Shown here: positions 12,537 through 25,697 of the stretch, piece by piece
Position numbering within the stretch: the first letter of the stretch is position 1
Layout of the letters: each line of letters begins with the position of its first letter
NCBI GenBank assembly: GCA_038496445.1
Contig: JALMLS010000363.1
Coordinates: forward strand, 2,737 to 66,736
Reading direction: 5' to 3'
Source of the DNA: Trichosphaerium sp. ATCC 40318
Lineage: Eukaryota > Protista > Tubulinea
Length of the DNA: 64,000 nt
Program-made: the position numbers and the translations under genes
Notes under the pieces: generated by a model
What the model was told of the DNA's origin: nothing
The model's database searches: none
Seen by the model: the letters and a program-made list of their open reading frames with translations, nothing else

Positions 12537-15500
12537 ATGGAGTTTTCGTGGGGCTCCTACGAAGATATATACACCAATGTGCGTTTTGTGAAGTTATAGC
12601 GGTATTTCTAAAGTTCTACATCCCAAGGCTGATGAATCGCATTTTTCCGGCCTTAGTGTAACAGTATCGCAAGCGCCTAAATTCTCACAGACTCAACTCG
12701 CCGTTGTACGTACTTACTATTTATAACGCCTTAAAAACGCCACTCTATACTTTATTCATTCTAAACAATGCGCACGTGATACGAAGCGATATCGTTTAGG
12801 TTTTAAAAAATAGTTTATTTATTTTTTTTCTGTCTTCGTTGATTTGTGTTTTCTTAGGAGCGTGATTACGAAAAAGCAAAACAGAGCGGAAATACAGACG
12901 TATATCCATTATATGTCACGCACTATCTTGAATTTACTGCTGGAAAGTACCCACGTGTACAACTTGACAATTCAGATGATGCTATAACTGAATTTAAACT
13001 GCATCGCAATCATGTCAAGAAAAATACTCGGATTACAAGGTAAACGTTTAAAAAAAGCAAAACACAAAAGTACTATTTGTTTGTTTCTGCACGTCTCTCA
13101 TACGATTTTCAGTGTTCCGCCTGGTGCGATATCTCCGGTAAACCCAAGGAGACGCCACCCAATGAGACCTGCACGTACACCTTCGTTGGGACACTTGAAT
13201 GTTCATGGAAATGATCGAGAAGACAGTGACGCACCTCCCGATGCCATAAAGAGTATTTATAAAGATATTATGAAAAGGAGAGCAAGACCTCAGAGTCATC
13301 TTGTCCAATCTGCACCACAACAAATAGAACCTCCTAAAAAACCTGCTGGTATGAGATTGGCAACATCACAGCAAGTTCAAGAGAGGCCTGTAAAATCATC
13401 AGCAGAAAACCCAGTACGTCTTTCTTAGAGAATCAACATGATTTCCTTTTTTTGTTGTTGTCTAATTTCGCTGTAGCGACGAGTACCACGCACTGTCGTC
13501 AGTGATAAAAACGTGGCAGAAAGGCAGAAACAACAGCAACGCCACGATGTACGACAAGCACCAAGACAACAACAGCGATCCGCTCCAAACCAGAATAGAC
13601 CTGCTGAACAAAAAAAAACAGCAGTAAATCAATTAAGGCAAAAATCAAGAGGTGACCGTACAACTAGTTGGTACTTATCTGGTGGCAATAAAGCGTAAGT
13701 AAAAAAAGCGTGCAGTGACACAATTATGTTGACGTTTGTTTTAGTGATAACTTGATATTTCAACGTGTGGCGTACTTCCAAAAACAGGTAAGAGTGTTTG
13801 CTTTAAAACTATTTAGCACGTCACTAACCTACTTCATTGTGACAGATGGACGAAGTCACGTCTCCACCTCCTACCCTAAAGTATGAACAAGATCCTGATA
13901 GAAAGCCAACTGTTATCACTGTACCGAGTGATGTGTCTCGCGAAGATGTATGGGGAAATACAATAGATGAGATTAAAAACAGGATTGGAGAAGAACCTGC
14001 AAAACCTAAGAAACAACCAGTTAAAGTACAACCTATAGATGAGAGAGTAAAGGATACTGTAAAGAGCGCTCTTACAAAGGCGAAGCGTTATCAAAAACAA
14101 ACGAGGCGAGTTTCTGTTGGTAGATCATCCTCTAGTGGAAAGGTTAGTTGTTATCACGTTTTAAAGGTTTTTTTTGACGACTTTAGCAACGTGGGCCTGT
14201 TCGAAAGCATGTATTTAATTCCTTTTTCCAAGACTCTACTTCTTCCCCTCCTACTATCCCTGAATGGTGTACGTATTACTTGTAGATGGCTAGGTTTTTT
14301 ATTTGGAAGCTGCAGTTTTTGCGCTAGTGACGTTTCGGCCGTTGTTTATTTATTTTGCCCTGTAGATTATCGTTGGCAGTTAAAAAGGAAAGGAGTTGGA
14401 CATGATAGATCTATTGTGCTTGATAGTAGGATTGTTTCTAGTTCTAGACGAGCCATGAGGAACAGAAAAATGTCAGTTGATGATAAACGCTCTAGAAGTA
14501 ATTGCGTGACAGTGCCAGTAGCGCAAGGTAACAACAAAATTACTTCTTAACTCATGAAAGGAGTTTCTTTCTTAACTCACTTTTTTTCAAAAAGGCGCTT
14601 TTGGGAGGGATACCAAGACTGATCAAAAATCTTTATCACGTGACTCTGTTTGGTATGATCACGTGATTTTTTTTGTGTGTTTTTCACTGACCAATGTTCT
14701 TTTAGTATCCCTATGGTTTTTGAGTGCTTAAAACTTCAGTTTAAGTTCGGGGAAGTTGAACCATTCTTTTGTTCTGTAGCTGCACATGATATAAAGAGCA
14801 AAAAAAAATTAAGCGAAGATTTCTGTTTCAATTTCAACTCAAAGTTCAAGTATTTACCAAATCACTTGAAAGTACGTACTCCTACATCCAATACAATAAG
14901 AAAAGATGACACTAATATACTCTATTAAGCTTTGTAAGTATCAAAAGGGTTTCTTCAGATTACGTAAAGCGAACCCGAACGCGTATTGGATTCTGCGCGT
15001 CCACAGAATTTTTAAAGGTACCTGTTTTATTTCTTATGGCGTGTCTCTTACATTTTGCCATGATAGGACATAGAGAATCTCAAAAGGCTGGTATGCAAGA
15101 TTAATAGTCTAATTTTTAACGCAGTTTTTAACATGATACATTAGCGTATGATACCAAGTACATGAAACCAGAAAACGTGCGTTGGTGTCAAATAAACAAC
15201 AAAAACTTTCTCACTTTTTACCACAGACAAAATTAGATGATAAGAAGGAAGTGTTGATAGAAGCTGCCAAAAACTTTAAAAAGCAACAAGAAGAAGGTAT
15301 TCAACTCTATCTATACAACAATTGAATAAATAATGAACGTTAAGGACATGGATTGCTTAAAGAGTTAATGGCATGGAGTGCTATCCCAAGTACGCAAAGA
15401 AGCTTCCCGTTACAAAATCTAATTTTTTTCTTCAGTATTCTCAGATGGAAAGATTCTCTCGGAGAGTAACGTTGTCTTGTTCAAGGCTACCAATCCTTGT

Positions 15501-18500
15501 AGCGACCAAGTCATTTATAAGGTCCTTAGTGGAGAACGTTCATGGGAAAACACTGCTCTTAGCCTCAAAGTACAACACGATTGTTCTTCTTTTTTTTTCT
15601 AAGTGGATTTTAGAGCTTGGATCGCGTTCCTGGAAGTTTCAAATACCGAGTTAGACCTGTACGAAACTCATTGAGTTTGAATCTTGTGGATCAATGCCTT
15701 CGCCGTCGTAAAGCTGGAAAAGTGGCTATGTACAAAGAAGTACGCTTAATTAACAAAAAGCATAGCCTTTAACGAAAATTTTGTAGTTTGTGAAGGAACA
15801 AGAAGATTTTACAAGTTTGGATTTACCTAGATTCGAATTAAGCCATGATATGTTTGTGTATCCAGATGTAGTCAACTTCTTGTATCAGAATGTACACTTT
15901 ACTCTGAAGGTGAAAGCGGATGACATTGAGCCAGCTGACTCACCAGGATTGAAGGTAAACTGATCCTAAAATCAATACAGTTCTAAAAAATATGGATTAG
16001 GTCATCTATGACACAAACGCTCAGGAGCTCACCAATGAGTTATTTGGGTGTATAAATGTTCACTCTAGAAAAAATACTTACTTCTACGATGAGATCAAAT
16101 TACAGTTACCCGTACTAACATCTAAACATCATTTACTTTGGACTTTCTATGCTGTGGAAAACGAATCATTCATAAAGGTATTGCTCGTCCCTTAAACAAT
16201 ATCACGTTTCTTTACTTATTCGCGTATAGAAGTTGGTTGGATACGTTGTATTACCATTAATGAAGGGTGGAAAGTAAGTTTAACACGTGATATCAAAGTG
16301 AAACACTCATTTCTAAAAAAAAATACTTAGGATTGTAAAGAGTGGTGAGTATGGCTATCAAGTATCCGAAAAATTGGAAAGAGGATACCTTGCTGAAAGG
16401 AAACCATCCATTTCACTAAGTCTCGAGGATGGTATGCATCTTTCGAATAAGATGGCTCATCAAGGAGCTCAACCTGATTTAACTGGCCTCCAAAAGGTAT
16501 GACAAAACTAAAACACACTTCCCATACCCGCTCACCTTTTTATAAAAAGGCAAATATGTTCCGCTTCCGTGTTCTCACTGTATCAAACCTATACCCTGAA
16601 GATGAGGAAATATTGGGTCTGTACAGTTATTTCTACAACAACACTGCAAACAAATCAAAAGTACCTTAAATATTTTCAGAGACTGTTGGTTTAGTTTTTG
16701 TTTTAGGTATTCGAAGCTCTCTGCAAGATCTCTCCAAAACATATTTTCCAACATTATCACGTGATCCTACACAATCTATTCAAGCTTATGGATACAACTG
16801 AAAAAATCAGAGATGCATGCTTTGCAGGAGTAGTACATACTATAAAAACGTACGATTGGTCTCCGAACCTCGTTTTTTAATTAGTTGATTTCAAGGGTTG
16901 CAATGATAGAGCCTAAAAACTCTCCAGCATTACTTAAAGAGTTTATCGATAATTTCCTATCGTACACGAACTATCATGAATTCATTCGAGCATGGCTCAG
17001 TATAATAACATGCAAGGTAAAGAAAATTATTTATAAGCTTTTTTAACTATTTTATAGGAAGCAGTGTTCACCAACTTTGGTTCGTATGAGTTCTTATTTG
17101 GTGTTCTATCCAAGGCTATAACTCTTGCTTTATATAATCCTAAAAATGTTGGCGGTACGTTGATCATGATATAAGCAATATTGACCTTTACTCAAGGGCG
17201 ACAAGAGAAGCTACCTAAGAAATTTGAGCGCGATTTCGAAAAACTAACAAACACGCTTCTCGCTGCAAAATGGCTTTGTACCAAGAGTGCATACAAGATC
17301 ATGGGTGGTATAGGAACTTTCATAAATACTCTTTTTACAGTATCCGATAGAGGTCACGTGTTTAAAATGGTAAGCAACTTTTAGATCCAACAATTTCTAA
17401 CTTTTTTTACCTTTGTTTAGATATACAATATTGTAAAACGTCTTCAACAATTGAAGAACCATTTGCCTAAATCAATTGATCTCATGTGGGATTTTATTAC
17501 TAAAATCACGCTTGAAAATCCAAACTATTTGCCTTTGAATGCTCCACTGTCATTAGATATGTCACCAATCAACGCAAAGGACGATATCGTAACTGCTTTC
17601 AAGTACCAACTACTTTTTTTATTTTTTTTACATTTCTGATTTTTGTTAACTCTACTGTTAAGGAAACGTCATTTCTTGTCTGGATTATTAGTTAACGAGT
17701 TATTTACGACATTCTTTTATGCTGGAGAGAAGTTCAAGGACGTCAGAGCAAAGGTGAGCTTTAATTACTTGATTTCAATTTGCTTTAATAAAACGCTAAC
17801 CACGTGTCAATAAAGGCTGTCAAGTTATTCAGAGATGTACTGTATCAATACTCACACGATGGAAGCGAAATGTCTGAAGCTTCAGCAAATATGTATTTCC
17901 CTTTTATCCTCAAGGTACCCTCCAATAAAAAAGCCAGGATCGATTCTTTCTTCAGTAGTAACCACTCTTTAGCTCACTGACTGTAAACGGCGTCTGAAAA
18001 AGGTAAGCAATTTAGTGATGATTTTATTGATGCCGTGTTTAATATTGTATTCTAGATTTCCAATACTCAGTCACTGCAGGAGACGATGGACTTGTATATA
18101 TCGATGTTCTATCTTCTAAACAAGATAAACAAGGACATTTTGACATCTTGGTGGGCCAACGAGTCAATTGGTACGTAATGACTCCTTGGGACAACATCAA
18201 CCTAATAGTTTATTTTCAAGCTGGTACTTCTTCAGATGACAAAAGTGTTCGAGGATTGCTATTCTTAAACACAATTTCTGCTGGTCTTTCAATATTCAAG
18301 GTACCTAACAAAGTTATATCTCCAATAACCATAAAATTTAGCCTGGTACCGTGTCTGGACCGTTGTACAAAGAATTATGTTTGATTATCATCGACACACT
18401 CATTGAATTCATTGGACAAATGCAAGACAAGATGATAAACTCAAATGATACCTTGCTACCAGAGGTACCCAATCTTTGACAATGTTAGATCTTCGTTAAC

Positions 18501-21500
18501 AATATCAAGTGCTCTAAAATGATGTTTCATATGCTCAACACCTCTATTGAAATAACGTACGATCACGCAAACAACACGTGTTTTTAAGTTTTTGTTTTTG
18601 ACTTTTACAATTAAAGGAACCTTGAGAAAAAGAAGTACGGCGCAGAATTTAGGATGGGTAGTGATGGAGATCATCTTAAGGCTATAGTTCTAGCCATTGA
18701 GAATATAGCTAACTTATTCCCAAAACGTGTGTTCTTCCAGTACGTATTTCTTTAGTTTGTTAACTTAAGGCACTCAGCAAAAAATAAAACTTATGTTAAC
18801 CTGTATTAGGCTTTCTGTAATCGATAGAGGTGGTTCTGATTTGAGTGAACTATTCACTGATCAACTCCTATTCTACTGCTCAGTAATGAGTCCACAGATT
18901 AATAGAGTTGCAGCACAACTTATATACAGCTCGTTACATGTACGCCAGCATCATATTACAAATCCCTTTGTTTCAAAAATTAACAATTTTTTAACTAGAT
19001 GAACTTCACGCCTATGAAGCTCCAACTCCTTCAATCAGCAACTAGGATGGGATCGAGTATGGAGGTGAGTATAGTCTTACTTTACTTTTTTGTTGATTGT
19101 TCATGATGTAGTCTCGACAACACTTGCTGAAATCGTTTGCTTTGCTTATTGCATTGGAAAAAGATGATCAGATGAAGATAAAGCTCAGGCAGCTTTGTGC
19201 AAAGCTTGTACTCATTCTTTCCAAATGCCAACAACTCACGGATGGCACACCAAGAGACCACGCCTCAATCGTACGTCACAACTATAAAGAAAAAGATGAC
19301 AAACATCTTTAGGTTGACATTCATTACGACATTGCCAATGCCGTTGGGGAATCTCCAACTCTTCGTGCTAGTTGGTTGTGTAGATTAACTGCACAGCACT
19401 CAATGGTATAACTGAATTTTATTATTGTGTTTGAGGTGTGATCCAAGGTGTTAATCGGTTTTTTTTTGTAAAATAGGTTGAAGATTGGGAAGAAGCTGGT
19501 ATTTGTCAGACACATTATGCTTGTTTAGTTGCCAAGTACTTGGTCGATTGCAAAGGAACACTAGATAAACTATTCTACGATAGAATGGTCAAGTTATCTC
19601 CTCACGTGTTTGACGAAGAACCACTAGCCGGTGTGACAGAGTCAGGTACTAAAACGCTAATTTTTTTACCTTGTATTCATTGAATTCAGGGATCAAGAGT
19701 GACGAAACTTCAGACACGTGGAGTGTCTATGGATTTTGTAATATCTTAAAGAAGGCTGCTAAGCTGTTTGAGAAGGTAAGTTAGTTGATTTTATTGTTAT
19801 TTGTTTCAAGGCTTACTTTTACAAAGAGTCAATGCTATGAGTTTTGTATTGAGATTTATAACTTGGTTCTTGATGTTCAAGGTACGTCTTAGTGTAATTT
19901 TTTCTTTTGTTTAACTAATTATAGTGTCAATGAGAAACTATACTAAAGTCATGGAATGTATAAAACATCTTGACGAAGCAGGATCGAAGCTCATGATTGA
20001 AGTAAGTTTCTTGATAAACTTTTTTTTTTTTTGACTGTGAACGATTGTAGAGCAAAGGTCAAAAACGACGTGGATTCTTCAGGTATGTTACTGATATATT
20101 CTTTGTTTATATTTTAAAATTAATATTTGAATAGTTATTACCGTGTTGGTTTCTATGGTAAAGCTTTTGGAGAGCTTAACGGATCAGAATTTGTTTACAA
20201 GGTAATGTCAAAAAAAAAAAAAAGAAAAATCTTGACACTTTGTGTTGTTAATACCCTTGTCTTTTAGACTCCTGCTAAACGTATAGTTTCCGACTTTAAG
20301 AACTATATATTGGTAAGCACATTATTTTTTGAAATACGATAGTGACGATGAGGCTAACGGAGCGTTTTTTTAGCAAGAGTTCAAACATCTCGGAAAACTT
20401 GAGATTATTGGCAACGACAAGCTTGTCACTGACATGAAGCTGGACCCTGAAAAATGCTATTACCAGGTAGTAGCATTGAGTAAGAAATTCGATGCAGATG
20501 ATTTACTGAACAGACCAACAATGTTCGAACAAAACTTTGACCTACGTACGCTCAACACAAAGAACGAAATAAAAAAAAAATTAACCTTTTTTGATCAACA
20601 ATAGGCAACTTTATGGTCGAAATACCTTTTACTATGGAAGGTAAAACACATGCAAAAGATATCACAAAGCAGTACACAAGAGAGTTTGTTTATACTATAG
20701 AAAAGCCATATCCATTTATTTTGAACAGACTTCGTATTGTATCAAGTCATTCGGTACGAGAACAACTTTTTTTTTTTGAAGAAAATCTCACTAATGCACG
20801 TGTTTTAGAGCGTTATTATCCCAATTAAGAACGCAACAATGATGGTTGAAAGAAGGACTCAACACTTGCATGAAGTCATTGTTGCTACGCCTGTTAGTAA
20901 GAACGAAGTCCAACAACTTGTTCAGGGATCTGTTGTACCAAGTACGTTAACGTTTAAGCACTGCGAGAAGAAACTATGTTTGTTTTGGTATGGTATCTTT
21001 TTTTTAATTGTTTTCAATTAGTGGTAAATGAAGGGCCGCTAGCGATATGTACAAACTTTTTATCACGGGATCAAGTATCGAATTACGATGTGAAGTCTAT
21101 TATACATCTACGAGACGCTATTGACGAGTTTTTGATGGTACACACCACGTTCAACATCAAAATTGTTTTTTTTATCTTTTTCAACCCGTTTTGTTTTAAA
21201 GCAATCCATGAACTTACAACCTCTTTTCTCTTTATAGGTTTGTGATATGGCAATTAAACTTAATGGTAAACTAATGAATGATAACGAAGTTCCACTACAT
21301 CAAATGTTTGAAACGAATTTCGCCAAACTGAAATCAAGCATCTCAAAAATAAAAGTACCTCTCACCTTTCTATATTGATAAAAACACGTGTTTTAACCAC
21401 TTTTATAGGACTTTCCTCTGGATGAAGTTATTCAAGCGAAAAAGAATGAGACTGATGAAAAGAAAAAGTTGGTTGCAAGCCGTCTACAACGCCGTAGAAG

Positions 21501-21826
21501 CAAGTTGAGACAGGCACGCAAAATATTAGTTTCTCAGTTTTTTCTCATAACCTTAATTAACCTCTCATAGTTGATGGTAAATGCGTACCAGCTGAATATT
21601 ACGCCAAATACAGAAGAACCTTCTAATGTAGAAAGAGATCCATCTATAGTCAGGCGAGGATCGATTGTACTGCGCAAAAAGCCAGCAGGTAAGTTGCAAT
21701 ATAATTTTGTTTTTCTCCCTTCCTTTCGTTATCAAGGATATAGATTCATTGTTTTTATCTAGGACATGGTGCCAAGATACTAGGTCAAGTACTAGAGCAG
21801 GCACAGCATCAAAAGTATACTCGTAA
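12537..21826 (+). CDS. DOCK-family (zizimin-like) Rho GEF with DHR1/C2 and DHR2 domains, many introns
   Basis: FYDEIKLQLP..KHHLLWTFY (DHR1); YYRVGFYGKAFGELNGSEFVYK, FPF-like PYPFILNR and QGSV..VNEGP (DHR2); linkage of the 5' low-complexity exons is inferred. Confidence 0.85.
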
Positions 21827-22112
21827 TTAAGTGGATTGTATTGTAGAATAAATAAACTCAAAACTTCAGCTTTGGCTTTTGTATTGACACACTAGAGGGC
21901 CTCCACTAATCTTCAGTAGCACATACTGGAGCATCCGCTTTATTGGTCCAATATTATTGCTGTGGTTACAATCAGTTCTCGCTACAATCCCCAGTGTATT
22001 GAGAATCAGTTTCATAGATAACCTGCTAATTTAGATTACCGCAACAATTTAACGGAGATAGGTCAATTCTAGCCGAGAATCTCAAAGAATAGATTCGGAA
22101 GAATCACGTTTA

Positions 22113-22766
22113 ATGATGGAAACACCTACTGCACCCTCCTACTTAGTGTCTGAAGTTTTTCGAACTAACGGTTTGCCATTAACTAAAGAAACAGCCAATT
22201 ACATAAAAGAACGTATGCAGTGCCTTCTTGAATCCAGTGTGTTGCTCAAGAATAAAATGAACATCAATTGTCTTACTTACGAAGAAGGAGCTTTCACAGC
22301 ACATGGTAACGTTGAAACAGTACCAAAATTAAGTGACATTGTACTGAAGGCAATGTACAATCAAAATGAGGACTATCTTGACCAGAATTACGCTTGTTTA
22401 CCTCAAGATTTGGATCAACGATTAAAATCTGCTAAGAGATGTGATAACTGTGGACATAGGCACTTGAAGTTTTTGGAAGTGATTGGATTTTTGAAATACA
22501 CGTGTTATATTTACAAACGCCTTGCTTTGTCTATTACACAAAATGAGATTCCTGTTCTATTCTCGTTTTGTTCTATGTCTTGTGCCAGAAAACTGTTCGA
22601 AGATATCAGTATTGATGAAGAACAACAACGTACTGAAGAAGAGTGGTGTGACGCTGACATTGATTGGCATAAAAGGCTGATAGACGTTCACAAGAAAGAA
22701 ATAAACAATGATATTAATGGATGGCATGCTTTTAACTTTACGTATCTACAAAGGAACTGTTGGTAA
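22113..22766 (+). CDS. Intronless protein resembling the LRRC58-type C-terminal region (BC-box-like motif plus Cys motifs); possibly a truncated gene
   Basis: VPKLSDIVLKA...LPQDLDQRLKSAKRCDNCG...PVLFSFCSMSC. Confidence 0.5.
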   Translation: MMETPTAPSYLVSEVFRTNGLPLTKETANYIKERMQCLLESSVLLKNKMNINCLTYEEGAFTAHGNVETVPKLSDIVLKAMYNQNEDYLDQNYACLPQDLDQRLKSAKRCDNCGHRHLKFLEVIGFLKYTCYIYKRLALSITQNEIPVLFSFCSMSCARKLFEDISIDEEQQRTEEEWCDADIDWHKRLIDVHKKEINNDINGWHAFNFTYLQRNCW

Positions 22767-23228
22767 TCTAGAACATTGCTTAAAACACTTTTTTAACATT
22801 AAAAGCTACGGACAACGATTTGTAGTTGCAATCAAATGAGATTTCAAGTTAGCCATTCTTCGTTTTTTCTACATTTGAATGGATATCTAAATTACTTCCA
22901 CACACCAGGTGAGGTCGTATTTATCTATAATCCAGGTCCCTCCTACATGTAACTATTGCTCAAAAAATAACAAAAGGCAACAAAAGTTTTGGGATTGGGT
23001 GAAACATTCTGGCGTCCTGTTTCTTCATTTACGCCATCGCCTATCTACAAAATACGCACAAGCAAGCAGCGTTATAAGATGTACTTAACGTCCAAAAAGT
23101 GTTTTGGAGTTATTCTACTTTTTTTGTAATATCACCAGTGGTAACGTAAATTGGGGAAAAGCTATACAGCCAATGGAGAAAGAAGCACTATTTTATTTAA
23201 TTTTGATTTGGTTGTCTTCTTTTTTATT

Positions 23229-25320
23229 TTAATTTTGTCCAGATTGTTGATTTTTGGCCTTTTCCTCGAGCATACTCAGATAACGGATGCGAGAGTACCA
23301 ACCAGAACCACCAATAACAAGACAGATACCAAGTAAGTTCTATCAAACAAGGTTAATACGGCGCAATAACAAAATTTTTTGAAAACTTCAATTCATTCAA
23401 ACAAAAAAAGAATACAAGAAAATCAACAAGTGTCCACTTACCATTGGTGAAATTGGGTTCCTCCAGATCATCCATCCCAACAATGTTTGTACACATGCCT
23501 TAATAATGTTAGGGCCATAATCATTAAATAACAAACGCAACAACACCAAGCGATGAAAAAAAAAAAAGACATGCATTAAAAGTTTTTCTTTAGAATGATC
23601 ATTCTGTCATACCTTAGCAGTACCAGAGATTGAGTTTGTGAGAGCGCTTGTATAATTAATTTGCATAAAAATAGCAATATTAATGAGCCAACCAAAGACA
23701 CCAGATACCTAAATACGCTTAGAAAAAGACACCAATCTCATACAACTACTTACCAAAATTTTGCCTTGGATTGCTTGATCCGTCCATAGAACTGGTGTCA
23801 TAAGTACGTTAACACCGCCTGTAGCAACCAATACAAAGAACAATAATACAATAGCCATGAGTGTATTGTAAATCAATAGGCGCCTAAATAACCCATAAAT
23901 TCAAAAGAAAAAAAAAGCAATTGTTGAAACTCTTTGATTTGGGTTTTTTTTTGTTGTTTTTTTTTCTGACTCAGTCAGTAACGTAGATATCGACACGGCA
24001 TCAATTCCGTCCGCCCGTTCGCAATGCATCATAGTAAAAGAAAAAAACAACAAAAAAATCCAACAAGTTCAGCGTAGTGCTAAACTCAAAGAAAACAGAA
24101 AAATAAAGAAAATCGATAAAAAAAATTTTGCACTCACCAGTGATTATTACCAACTGAGCCAATAACCTTTTTGACAAAGATACCATATAATGCAACAAAT
24201 GCACTACTAATAACACCAAAGATAAGTCCAGCCCACTCGAATTCAACTTCACCAACGCTACCTAAAGAGAAAAAACAATCAACAACAAAAGCACAATGCA
24301 AACAAAAAAAAAAAAAAAGAGAAAAACGTGTTCCAAGTACTGTTTGGGGAAGGTTGTTATTTCTTTTTTTTTTGCCTTCAATAAACAAGTGTAGATGTAT
24401 ACGTGTACACCACCAAACACGTTACACGTTTAATTCAGGGCTCAAAAAGAATTAAAAACTAAGTTTTTACGCGTACCAACAACAAATCCAGAAACTACGA
24501 CCAGACATGCGCCAATTGATAACCATTTGGTTGTTTTACCAAGGATTACGTATGTAAAGATAATAGCGAAAAATATCGTGTTCGCACGGGCAACCTATCA
24601 AAATAAAAATAAACGAGCCGGCCTACATGTACATGTACAAACAAGGGAATACAAGGGAGTTGTCAAAATGCGATAAAAAAAGCGAAAAAAATAGTCGACC
24701 ACGTCGATCGTTTTAGACGAGATGGTGGATAGAAGAAAAAGTGGGTGCGTTGCTTTATAAGAGCGTTAATAAGGTACGTACTTGGTAAAAGGTAACTTGT
24801 ACGTATTGCAAGCATAAGTTGTTAAAAGCAATCATAGACACATATACGACTGTGAGAGGCGCAATTTTAATGGCTATACTTAAATCGAACTCAAATGGAG
24901 GAAATATGTTAAAAACGCCTCCAAAACTATGGTAAGGGTTAGTTCATGGTCGTAGAAGTGCATTGCGGAAAAATTAGTTCGGCTGATATTGCCAGATTTA
25001 AATCTTTGGCGTCAGGAAGTTAACTGCAGTCGTACGTTTGTCCCATGATACCAGTTATGATAACTATTACCATAGCAATTACTAACTGTAGCCATGTCAA
25101 AAGAAGAGGGTAAGGGAATCCTGTATCGCCCAAGAGGCCCTTGTTCACAAATACGAGACATAGAGAAATGCAAAAGTAAAAAGAGACAACAGCGGCAATA
25201 ATCAAGCTTTATGAACGTAAGATAAACTGATAATAGCAATAAAAGGCACCTCTTTGGTGTTCCTGCTTTCTTTTGATCTTGCCAACCAGAATCTGGTGGA
25301 TTCTCTGTGTCCTTGCGCAT
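23229..25320 (-). CDS. GDP-fucose transporter (SLC35C1-like nucleotide-sugar transporter)
   Basis: VSFYFCISLCLVFVNK, MIAFNNLCLQYVQVTFYQVAR, GVISSAFVALYGIFVKK, QINYTSALTNSISGTAK; start codon uncertain. Confidence 0.85.
23968..24035 (-). ncRNA. Intronic box C/D snoRNA, SNORD43/snR70-like (SSU rRNA Cm guide)
   Basis: Minus strand reads ACT-ATGATGC (C box)-ATTGCGAACGGGCGGA-CGGA (D')-A-TTGATG (C')-...-CTGA (D)-GT. ACGGGCGG is antisense to the universal SSU CCGCCCGU motif. It sits in an unusually long intron, sense to the host gene. Confidence 0.8.
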
Positions 25321-25697
25321 TAGGTCTACAGCACAAGTTTTAAAGTACAAAAAGCGGAGAAAGACTAAGGAAGAATGTCATTTTTTTTTTCGGTGCTTTT
25401 TTGTTGGGAATCTTCGAATTTTTTATTTTGTCATGTACTTGTAACTTTTGTACTCTATTCACAGTTAATTACATTGTACAAGAGGGAACGATTGTCATTC
25501 AGCAAAGATTACTGGAATCAATGACACTAGGGCTGACTTCGTTTGAATGCGATCAGTTTCGGTACTAAACACGAGGGACGCAATCTGTAGCGCCCTTTCA
25601 TCAAATAAAACCTATTTTGGTGCGTAATAACATTTATTGGTTTTATGTCTTCTTCGCTTGTTAATTTTGTTAGAGTTTAAGAACTACTCGTTAAATA

